NCBI GenBank assembly: GCA_037446635.1
Contig: JBBIIG010000054.1
Coordinates: 1-28,344, forward strand
Length of the DNA stretch: 28,344 nucleotides
From: a bacterium
GTDB lineage: Bacteria; Zhuqueibacterota; Zhuqueibacteria; Oceanimicrobiales; Oceanimicrobiaceae
Direction of reading: 5' to 3'
Under the pieces are notes generated by a model. The model was given only the letters and a program-made list of their open reading frames with translations, was not told the origin of the DNA and did no database searches. Position 1 is the first letter of the stretch. Each line of letters opens with the position of its first letter. The translations under genes and the position numbers were made by a program. Below, in pieces: positions 9,112 to 17,258 of the stretch.

Positions 9112-11253
9112 GTGAATAAAGAAATTTGGTGCACCTTAGGCCCGGCCTCATTGAATGATCACGTGTTGACTCGGCTGGTGGAGTTGGGAGTCAGTTTATT
9201 TCGACTGAATTTGTCACACACTAAAGTTAGTAAACTTAGAGAAATTCTGGAGTATATTCAGAGTCGAACCAAAGTTCCGGTATGTTTGGACACCGAAGGC
9301 GCGCAAGTTCGAACCGGCGACTTGGCAAAGGGCAAGATCGCGGTTCTGGAGAATAGCACCATTCGGGTACATTACAATCGTGTGCCCGGCGATTCGGGCA
9401 ATTTGAATCTTTACCCCGAGGAGATTGCCCGTCAGTTAATTATTGGGGATTTGCTCAAGATAGACGCCGAAGTGCTGGCGCAGGTGGTGGCGATTGAAAA
9501 CGATTGCGTCGTTTTATGGGTATTGAACGGCGGCGAGATTGGTCAAAACAAAGCCGTGAGCCTGCTGGAGCGCGATCTTTCCCTGCCGGCGGTTACCGAG
9601 AAAGATAAGCAGGCGCTGCGGATTGGCAACGAAATGGGAATTCGGCACGTGGCACTTTCGTTTGCCAACCGCGCCAGCGACGTGGGGGTTGTGCGTGCGC
9701 TGGCAAACAACGGCACTTTAGTGACTTCAAAAATTGAGTGTCTGAGTGGGCTGCGTAATCTTCCAGAAATCGCGGCAGCCTCGGATGCGCTGTTGATCGA
9801 CAGAGGTGATTTATCGCGCCAGGTAAACATCGAGAAAATTCCGGCGGTGCAAAAAGACATCATCCACTACGCCAAAGGAGTAGGCAGAAAAATTTACGTC
9901 GCCACCAACTTGCTCGAATCGATGGTGACGTCGGCCAACCCTACCCGCGCTGAGGTCAACGATATTTATAACACTCTGATGGACGGCGCCGATGGCCTGG
10001 TGCTGGCAGCCGAAAGCGCCATCGGAGCGTTTCCAGTGGCGGCCGCGAATATGGTCAAAAAAATTATTCTTGAATACGAAAACAAGCAAAACTCCTGGCA
10101 TCAAGTTCATTATTCTTCCACAGCCGTCAACTCCCTGGTGGAGCCTTATGGCGGCGCACTGGTGCAGCGCGCCGCGAATATTATCGATCGCCGCGGGCGC
10201 CGCAACTGTCCCACTCTGCAAGTCAAAACCACGGACCTGATGGACTGTGTGCAAATTGCCACCGGCGTTTACTCGCCTCTAACCGGATTCATGGATTCCA
10301 AAGAGCTCGACAGTGTTCTCAACGAGAATCGGCTGCAAAATGGTTTAGCGTGGACCATGCCGATTGTTTTGCAGGTTGCTGAAACATCCCTTTCCGGAAT
10401 TTCCGCCGGCGATCGCATCGCGTTGGCGGACGGCAATGGAAAAATCTACGCCACGGTGGACGTTACTGAGATTTACGGCTTCGATTTTGAAAAACTGGCG
10501 CAGAAATGGTTTGGAACCTCCTCGCTAAAACATCCCGGGGTGAAAAAACTGGCCGAGGGCGGGGACCGCCTGGTCGCGGGCGCAGTCACTTTGGTTGAAC
10601 ACTTCGCCACCCCTTACCGGCAATTTGAGCTCAGCCCTGGCCAAAGCCGCTTGATTTTTGCCCAAAAAGGCTGGAGCAAGGTGGTCGGCTTTCACGCGAA
10701 TAGCGTGCCGCACCGCGCGCACGAATATATGCAGCTCAAAGCATTAGAGGCGGTGCACGCCGACGGCATATTTATTAGCCTGCTCATGGGCCCAAAACGG
10801 CGCGGCGATTTTCAAGCTGGCGCGATTTTAAAAAGCTACCAGCATTTGCTGCAAACTAACATTTACCCTTCCGGAAAATTCGCCTTGGGAGTCTCCCAGC
10901 TCTACGTCCGTCATTGCGGCCCGCGCGAGGCCGTGTTCATGGCGATCTGCGCAAGAAATATGGGCTGCAGCCATCTCGTGATCGGAGAAGATTACTTACA
11001 TAGCGATGGTTTTTATGAACCCGCGCAAATACGAGAAGCATTTGAGCGCATCGGCGACATCGGCTGCACGCCGGTGTTTTTCGACGCCGCCGTCAAGAAT
11101 CCCGCCACCAACGAAACCACGCCCATTCGCGATCAGGTCATTCAATCGGCTTTGGCTAAAAAGGAAAGCCTGCCCGACTGGATGATCCGCGATACCCTGC
11201 AGCAGGTGTTGTTACAAGAAATTTCGGAAAACCGGCAAGTTTTTTATCTCTAA
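9112..11253 (+). CDS. Pyruvate kinase (barrel and lid) fused to an ATP-sulfurylase (Sat)-like domain
   Basis: GTG at 9112 follows GGAGG; the ORF track starts at 9076. PK motifs: CTLGPAS, FRLNLSH, LDTEG, SKIE, RGDL, ATNLLESM, PTRAEVND, DGADGLVL. Sat motifs from about 10135: LVEPYGG, GVYSPLTGFM, WTMPIVL, HPGV, HRAHE, GPREA, RNMGCSH. Confidence 0.9.
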   Translation: MNKEIWCTLGPASLNDHVLTRLVELGVSLFRLNLSHTKVSKLREILEYIQSRTKVPVCLDTEGAQVRTGDLAKGKIAVLENSTIRVHYNRVPGDSGNLNLYPEEIARQLIIGDLLKIDAEVLAQVVAIENDCVVLWVLNGGEIGQNKAVSLLERDLSLPAVTEKDKQALRIGNEMGIRHVALSFANRASDVGVVRALANNGTLVTSKIECLSGLRNLPEIAAASDALLIDRGDLSRQVNIEKIPAVQKDIIHYAKGVGRKIYVATNLLESMVTSANPTRAEVNDIYNTLMDGADGLVLAAESAIGAFPVAAANMVKKIILEYENKQNSWHQVHYSSTAVNSLVEPYGGALVQRAANIIDRRGRRNCPTLQVKTTDLMDCVQIATGVYSPLTGFMDSKELDSVLNENRLQNGLAWTMPIVLQVAETSLSGISAGDRIALADGNGKIYATVDVTEIYGFDFEKLAQKWFGTSSLKHPGVKKLAEGGDRLVAGAVTLVEHFATPYRQFELSPGQSRLIFAQKGWSKVVGFHANSVPHRAHEYMQLKALEAVHADGIFISLLMGPKRRGDFQAGAILKSYQHLLQTNIYPSGKFALGVSQLYVRHCGPREAVFMAICARNMGCSHLVIGEDYLHSDGFYEPAQIREAFERIGDIGCTPVFFDAAVKNPATNETTPIRDQVIQSALAKKESLPDWMIRDTLQQVLLQEISENRQVFYL

Positions 11254-11269
11254 CCCCTCGGAGAAATCT

Positions 11270-12169
11270 GTGATTCAATTTGATCGACCTATCATGATCG
11301 TCTGCACTGGCCGCAGCGGCTCCACCGTCTTTTATCGCGTTATCGCCCGCCACCGCGACGTCGGCTGGCTATCGACGCTTAACCACGCGTTTCCAAGCCA
11401 AACCTGGCTCTCGGTTTTTTCGCGATTGTATCCCATGAAAATGTTTGACGCCATTCGCGATCATCGCCTGTTTCCAAAACCGTTCAGCCCCTACAAATTT
11501 TGGGAACAGTACCTGCCCGGGATCACCCGCCACGATCGGCCGTTATTCCCCGAGGACGTGCCCAGTGAAGCCATTGAGCCGCTGCGCCAGACCGTCGCCA
11601 AAGCGCTCAGGTTACAAAATAAAAAGCGCTTTTTGATGAAGGTGACAGGTTGGGCGCGCATGGCCTATTTTGCCCGCGTTTTTCCCGAATTGCGTTTCAT
11701 TTACATCAAACGGAACCCGCGCGACGTGGTCTCGTCTTGGATTCAAGCCGGTTGGTTGAATGTGACTTCACCGGTGGACAGCGATTCCTGGGAGTGGGGC
11801 AAAGTGCCGGAAGAATACATCCAAGTTTGGAAGGAGATGGGGCGGCGGCCATTTCTCTCGGCGGCCATCAAAACGCAACTGGATATCGACGACATTCGCA
11901 GCAACATGGCTCTGTTTCCGGGTCGCTGTTTCGAGCTTCATTACGAAGACTTCGTGGTCGATCCGGTCGGGCAGTTGCGCCAGACCCTTGACTTTTGCGA
12001 GCTGGAGTGGTACGAGGGTTTCGAGAGGCTCGTCCGGCAAACCAAGATTTACAATTTTGCTGACAAGTGGAAGAAATATTTGACCGAGGAAGAGGGTGAA
12101 GTGTTAGCGGAGTTTTTTGAGCGCATCAACCGCGCGAAGAAACGCCGGCTCGTCGCCGAAACTGTGTGA
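11270..12169 (+). CDS. PAPS-dependent sulfotransferase family protein
   Basis: 5'-PSB-like CTGRSGST, 3'-PB-like IYIKRNPRDVVSS, HYEDFVVDP, late DKWK. GGAGA SD before the GTG. Confidence 0.88.
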   Translation: MIQFDRPIMIVCTGRSGSTVFYRVIARHRDVGWLSTLNHAFPSQTWLSVFSRLYPMKMFDAIRDHRLFPKPFSPYKFWEQYLPGITRHDRPLFPEDVPSEAIEPLRQTVAKALRLQNKKRFLMKVTGWARMAYFARVFPELRFIYIKRNPRDVVSSWIQAGWLNVTSPVDSDSWEWGKVPEEYIQVWKEMGRRPFLSAAIKTQLDIDDIRSNMALFPGRCFELHYEDFVVDPVGQLRQTLDFCELEWYEGFERLVRQTKIYNFADKWKKYLTEEEGEVLAEFFERINRAKKRRLVAETV

Positions 12170-12178
12170 TGCCAGTTT

Positions 12179-12222
12179 CCTCCCCCATTTTCGCTTTTTC
12201 AAAATGGGGAGGTTAGGAGGGG
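12179..12222. repeat. Palindromic C-run/G-run REP-like element
   Basis: cctcccccatttt ... aaaatggggagg stem followed by ttaggagggg. Confidence 0.6.
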
Positions 12223-12258
12223 CATCATGAATTTATCCATCAAAAATAAAATAAACCA

Positions 12259-13521
12259 GTGAGCACAGCCAACATCACATTGTCTGAAGTGGAATTGACG
12301 CGGTTTTTGTTCGCCATCGCCGCGCTGCTGATTTCCGCGCACACGTTCGGATATGTTTTCAACAAGCTGAAGCTTCCGAAAGTCGTCGGCGAAATTTTCG
12401 GCGGCGTGCTGTTGGGTCCCACGGTTCTGGGCGCCTTTGCGCCAGAACTGTACACCTGGTTATTCAATGCTTTTGAATTCGAGGGCAAATTAATTTCGAT
12501 CGTCTATTGGCTGGGTTTGGTGCTGCTGATGTTCGTTTCCGGTTTTGAGATCCAAATGTCCATGGACCGGGAAGATAAACGAACGGTGGTTGGGCTGCTG
12601 ATCGGTTCCACCCTGCCGTTCTTCGCGGCCTGGCTGGCCCCGCTTTTTTTTGATTTTTCACCCTACCTGGGCGCAAAACAGAATATGCTCGCCCTCCAAA
12701 TTGTCGTCGGCGTGGCGGTGGCGGTCACCTCGATTCCGGTAATCTCAAAAATATTTATTGATTTGAATATCATCAACACGCGCTTTGCTCGCATCGTCTT
12801 GACCACCGCCACCATTCACGATGTTTTGCTGTGGGTGGCGCTGGCCATCGCGACCGGCTTGGTGAGCGCCGGCAGCTTCTCCATTTCAAGCATCATTTCG
12901 ACGGTGATGATTACGTTCACCTTTCTCGGCGTGGCGGTGATGTTCATGCCGCGGCTGATGCTGGCGCTGACCCGCCTGCGCTATAATTTGCTTTTGAAAT
13001 CGTCGCGCTCCGGTTACGTGTTGAGCGTCTGCTTTTTATTTGCCGGCGTCGCGAGTTTGTTGAACGTCAACGTGATCTTTGGCGCCTTTTTGGCCGGGGT
13101 GGTGATCGGCCTCATGCCTTCGCGATTCAGCAAAACCAAAACTCAAATTAAGGAGATTGGTTTGGGATTTTTTATCCCGATTTATTTTGCCATCGTCGGC
13201 CTAAAGCTGGATTTGGTTCATCAACTGGATATCAAATTTCTGCTGTTTTTTTTATTTTTCACGACGTTTTTCCAAACGGTTGGGACGCTGGTCGCTTCAA
13301 AGTTGCTGAAAAAAGATTGGCTCACCAGCTTCAATTTCGCCGTCGCCATGAACACTCGCGGCGGCCCGGGGATTGTGCTGGCAACCATCGCCTTCGATCT
13401 CGGCATCATCAACGAAGCGTTTTTTGTAACGCTGGTGCTGATTGCTATTTTCACTTCCCTGCTGGCCGGCGCCTGGTTTAGATATTTGCTCTCGAGGGGA
13501 TATGAGTTGTTGAGGACGTAG
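12259..13521 (+). CDS. Cation:proton antiporter (CPA2, Na+/H+ exchanger fold) without a TrkA domain
   Basis: About 12-13 TM segments. PKVVGEIFGGVLLGPTVLG, TSIPVISKI, GAFLAG, FFIPIYFAIVGL, MNTRG. Confidence 0.88.
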   Translation: MSTANITLSEVELTRFLFAIAALLISAHTFGYVFNKLKLPKVVGEIFGGVLLGPTVLGAFAPELYTWLFNAFEFEGKLISIVYWLGLVLLMFVSGFEIQMSMDREDKRTVVGLLIGSTLPFFAAWLAPLFFDFSPYLGAKQNMLALQIVVGVAVAVTSIPVISKIFIDLNIINTRFARIVLTTATIHDVLLWVALAIATGLVSAGSFSISSIISTVMITFTFLGVAVMFMPRLMLALTRLRYNLLLKSSRSGYVLSVCFLFAGVASLLNVNVIFGAFLAGVVIGLMPSRFSKTKTQIKEIGLGFFIPIYFAIVGLKLDLVHQLDIKFLLFFLFFTTFFQTVGTLVASKLLKKDWLTSFNFAVAMNTRGGPGIVLATIAFDLGIINEAFFVTLVLIAIFTSLLAGAWFRYLLSRGYELLRT

Positions 13522-13539
13522 CGCCTCCCCTTGCGCTCG

Positions 13540-13608
13540 TCCGCCGGTTAGCTTGGCGGGTCCGCTTCGCGGACGCAGGCAATGAAATGTACGTTTTTGG
13601 ACAACCCC
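13540..13608. repeat. Two short hairpins plus an IS-end-like 18-mer
   Basis: ccgccgg-ttagc-ttggcgg and perfect gtccgc-ttc-gcggac hairpins. 13591-13608 reverse-complements 28290-28307 at 15/18 positions. Confidence 0.45.
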
Positions 13609-13654
13609 ATGCAGTGAATGTTTGAATGGCAAGAAAATCAGAAAGTATTCCACA

Positions 13655-14626
13655 ATGAAAAGTTTGACGGCCTACCTGCAGCCGATTCGCCGGCGCATGG
13701 GCGTGCGCTTCGTCATCGACCGCGATGCCGACCATCGCAAGACGGTCTTTCTGGCCGGCACCGGCCGCAGCGGCGGCACCTGGGTAGCCGACATCATTAA
13801 CCAGCATAACGAATATCGCTTCATCTTCGAGCCCTTTCACCCGAAGCAAACCCCGTGGATGAAGCCGTTTGGGGAGCGAAAATATCGGCGGCCCGAAGAT
13901 GACGATCCGCAATTCCTGGCGCTGGCGCGATCGATCATCACCGGGAAAATCCGTCATCCCTGGACCGAGCGCTTCAACCGCCGCTTCGTCGCCCACCAGC
14001 GCCTGATCAAGGAAGATTACGCCAATCTCATGATGAAGTGGCTGCACGTCAACTTTCCGGGGATGCCGCTGATTCTCCTGCTCCGGCACCCGTGCGCGGT
14101 GGCGGTCTCCTTCGTCGCGCACAACTACCGCGGCGCGGTGATGCCGCTCCTCGATCAGGAGAAGCTGGTCGCGGATTTTCTGCACCCGTACGTGGACGAG
14201 ATTCGGCGCGCCCGGGACACCTTCGAGCGCACCGTGTTTCTTTGGTGCGTGGAGACGCTGGTGCCGCTGCGGCAGTGCCGCCCCGAGGAGATGCACGTGG
14301 TGTTTTTCGAGAATTTGGTGCAGCAGCCGGAATCCGAGGTAGGGCGGCTGTTCGCCTATCTCGGCAAGAGCTTGGACGGGTTCGACTTTGAGAGACTCAA
14401 GCTGCCCTCGCTCACGTCGAGAAGAGCGAGCAGTGCGGTTTGGACCGGCGACGATCGCGTGACCAGTTGGAAAAACAAAATAAGCGACGAGCAGCGCCGG
14501 CGAGCGCTCGAAATTCTCCAGTTGTTCGGCCTGGACGGTATTTACACCGACGACCCCATGCCCAGGGTGGAGGGCGCGTTGGAAATCATGACGCGCGGCG
14601 AATGGATTCATAACGAGAGACCATAA
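13655..14626 (+). CDS. PAPS-dependent sulfotransferase family protein
   Basis: LAGTGRSGGTW, FEPF, LLLRHPCAVAVS, FFENLVQQP, SWK. ATG at 13655 chosen; TTG at 13622 is also possible. Confidence 0.85.
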   Translation: MKSLTAYLQPIRRRMGVRFVIDRDADHRKTVFLAGTGRSGGTWVADIINQHNEYRFIFEPFHPKQTPWMKPFGERKYRRPEDDDPQFLALARSIITGKIRHPWTERFNRRFVAHQRLIKEDYANLMMKWLHVNFPGMPLILLLRHPCAVAVSFVAHNYRGAVMPLLDQEKLVADFLHPYVDEIRRARDTFERTVFLWCVETLVPLRQCRPEEMHVVFFENLVQQPESEVGRLFAYLGKSLDGFDFERLKLPSLTSRRASSAVWTGDDRVTSWKNKISDEQRRRALEILQLFGLDGIYTDDPMPRVEGALEIMTRGEWIHNERP

Positions 14627-14644
14627 AGATTATCAAAGTGAGAC

Positions 14645-15898
14645 ATGAAAAAAAGACGATTCACAGTTTTGAGTTTAATTTTAATCGTCAGTTTGCCTTT
14701 AGGCCTACAGCTCTTTCGCAAACACCTTAATGTCTCGCTGGTTTTTTACCAACCGGCGGAAATACATTTTCTGGAAACGAGTTCGACGAAAACCGAGCCG
14801 CTGCCGCTTTTGCCCGATAACCAAATCAACAACATCATTTTATTTATCGGCGACGGCATGGGGTTGTCGCATCTCACCGCGGCGCGCGTGCATTTGGTGG
14901 GGGCGGAGGGCCGGCTGAACATCGAACGCCTGCCGGTCACTGGGTTGGTCGCCACCCACGCCATCGATAACTTGATCACCGACTCAGCTGCCAGCGCTAC
15001 CGCCCTGGCCACGGGCATTAAAACCACCAACAAAAGCATCGGCATGGATGCCAGCGGCAGAAGTCATCCCACCATCCTCGAAGCGGCGCGGGATGCTGGT
15101 TTCGCCACCGGCTTGGTAACCACCACCCATCTCACGGACGCCACGCCGGCGGCGTTTGCAGCGCACGTCCCAACCCGCGCTATGAAATCGGAGATCGCTG
15201 TGCAGCTTCTGCATTCGAAGGTGAACGTGCTGCTCGGGGAAGGGGAATATTTTTATCCGCGAACGGACCCCCGCAGCCAGAGGAATGATGACGTCAATCC
15301 CATCGCTATCGCAAAAGAACTGGGATATGCCGTGGTTGACAATCGCGAGGATTTGAAAAAGGTGCGTTCTAATTTCATTTTGGGACTGTTTGAAGATTTG
15401 ACAACCGATAGAAAGAAACCGGGGCTGACCTCGTCATTAAATCCCCCGACGCTGGCGGAATTGACCGCCAAAGCTCTGGAGGTATTAAGCTCAAATGAAA
15501 AAGGTTTTTTTCTGATGGTCGAAGGGGAAGGCGTGGACATGGGCAGTCATGTCAATCGGGTGGATTATTTCATCCATCATCTCCGCGGCTTGGACGAAGC
15601 CGTCAAAGTGGCCATTGATTTTGCGCTGCAAGATGAACACACATTGGTGATGGTCACTGCCGACCACGAAACCGGCGGTTTGAACATCATCGGCGGCGCT
15701 TACCACGACCAGGAGCTGAAACTGAACTGGGATACGGACGATCATACGGGCACGCCGGTGCCGTTGTTCGCGTTTGGGCCCCACGCCGTCAGATTTACCG
15801 GCTTGAAGGACAACACCGAGATTCCAAAAATCATGGCGGAATTGCTGGCACTCGAAACTTTTCGAAATCAACTGAATGCGAACGGAAGCTCTAACTGA
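14645..15898 (+). CDS. phoA: Alkaline phosphatase (PhoA type) with N-terminal signal or anchor
   Basis: MKKRRF plus a hydrophobic stretch. IILFIGDGMG, TDSAASATA (catalytic Ser), DATPAAF, GFFLMVEG..VD..SH, VTADHETGG, DHTG. Confidence 0.9.
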   Translation: MKKRRFTVLSLILIVSLPLGLQLFRKHLNVSLVFYQPAEIHFLETSSTKTEPLPLLPDNQINNIILFIGDGMGLSHLTAARVHLVGAEGRLNIERLPVTGLVATHAIDNLITDSAASATALATGIKTTNKSIGMDASGRSHPTILEAARDAGFATGLVTTTHLTDATPAAFAAHVPTRAMKSEIAVQLLHSKVNVLLGEGEYFYPRTDPRSQRNDDVNPIAIAKELGYAVVDNREDLKKVRSNFILGLFEDLTTDRKKPGLTSSLNPPTLAELTAKALEVLSSNEKGFFLMVEGEGVDMGSHVNRVDYFIHHLRGLDEAVKVAIDFALQDEHTLVMVTADHETGGLNIIGGAYHDQELKLNWDTDDHTGTPVPLFAFGPHAVRFTGLKDNTEIPKIMAELLALETFRNQLNANGSSN

Positions 15899-17258
15899 CA
15901 AAAACCAGATCGACGCGCCCAGCGATTTTGTCGCCAGCGTCTTCGCCGCCCTGGCCGACGACGCCATTTCCTACGTTCTGCTGCGCGGCTACGATGAATT
16001 GCTCACCAGCAGCGGATTTCTTGAAATCGACCTGCTGGTCAAACCCGATCATCTGGATTTGTTGAGAAGAACCGTCGCCGAGTTGTCTTTCGTGGAATGG
16101 CCGGCCTGGGGCCATTGGCCGCACCATTTCTTTCTGGCGTTTGATAGCGAACGCGGGGATTGGATCAAGTTAGACGTGGTGACCGAGCTGATGTATGGCC
16201 GCCCCATCCGCCGGTTTCGAGTGGATTTGGCGGAGGCCTGCCTCCAGCAGCGCCGCAGCGATTGGGTTTACCGGCTGGCGCCGCTCCATGAATTCGCAAC
16301 ATTACTTCTGCATTGCCTTTTAGACAAAGGGCAATTCCGAAAAAACCACCAGGGACGATTGTTGGAACTGCTCGGCTTGATGGAAAGCGAGAACGGTGCA
16401 GTTGGCCCGGTGATTGAAAAATATACCGCGCCGGTTCTTTTCTGGGAAGCGATTCGGCAAGCGGCAGCTCGCGGCGATTGGGATGCGCTGCTGGCAAAAC
16501 GCCAGCAATTGGCTCGGCGGTTTTTCCGGCAACAGCCGCTGGCTTCGCTGTGGCGGATTGTCTGCGCCAGAGTCATGCGCCTGCTGCGCGCGCCGGCGTT
16601 CGCGCTCTTTCGCCGGGGGATATCCGTGGCGCTGTTGGCGCCGGATGGCGCCGGCAAGTCCACCCTCACGATGGCTCTGGCGCAGGATCGAATTTTAAAA
16701 GCCCGCGGTGTTTACATGGGCGGCAACCTGGCAGCCAACGCCTTCACTTTGCCCACCACACGATTTTTACACCAACGGCTCCAAGCGAAAAATGGCATGA
16801 AATCCAAAGCCAACAAGATTGTCCAGGGGCTAAATTTTTGCAGCAGATTAGTGGAACAGTGGCTGCGCGCGGCCATCGCCCACTTTCATTTGGGGCGCGG
16901 ACGATTTGTTGTATTTGATCGATACATATTTGATTCCTGGGTGAACCCCAAACCGCGCACCCTGTGGAAACGCGCCCGGCGGATTCTGTTCGAGGCCGTC
17001 TTGCCGGCGCCGGATTTGGTGATCCTGCTCGATGCGCCGGGCGAGGTTTTGTTCGCGCGCAAAGGAGAGCACACGCCGGAATGGCTCGAAGAACAACGCC
17101 GGCGTTATTTACGGCTGCGGACGCGCCTGCCGAATTTGCGCGTCATCGACGCCGCGCTGCCGGCGGAGATGGTGCGCCGCCAGGCCATCGCGATGATTTG
17201 GAAACAGTACCAACTTAAGCATAATTTGAAAAATGGAAATCGAGACGCCAGATATTGA
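15876..17258 (+). CDS. Nucleotidyltransferase-like N-domain fused to a thymidylate-kinase-like P-loop domain
   Basis: YVLLRGY...LEIDLLV...KLDV (Pol-beta-like acidic triad), then APDGAGKST, YMG, FDRY, PAPDLVILLDAPGEVLFARKGE. Confidence 0.75.
   Translation: MRTEALTDKNQIDAPSDFVASVFAALADDAISYVLLRGYDELLTSSGFLEIDLLVKPDHLDLLRRTVAELSFVEWPAWGHWPHHFFLAFDSERGDWIKLDVVTELMYGRPIRRFRVDLAEACLQQRRSDWVYRLAPLHEFATLLLHCLLDKGQFRKNHQGRLLELLGLMESENGAVGPVIEKYTAPVLFWEAIRQAAARGDWDALLAKRQQLARRFFRQQPLASLWRIVCARVMRLLRAPAFALFRRGISVALLAPDGAGKSTLTMALAQDRILKARGVYMGGNLAANAFTLPTTRFLHQRLQAKNGMKSKANKIVQGLNFCSRLVEQWLRAAIAHFHLGRGRFVVFDRYIFDSWVNPKPRTLWKRARRILFEAVLPAPDLVILLDAPGEVLFARKGEHTPEWLEEQRRRYLRLRTRLPNLRVIDAALPAEMVRRQAIAMIWKQYQLKHNLKNGNRDARY

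Noticed and set aside
13478..14611. 377-aa minus-strand ORF
   Set aside because: Antisense shadow of the GC-rich sulfotransferase gene, with no motifs.
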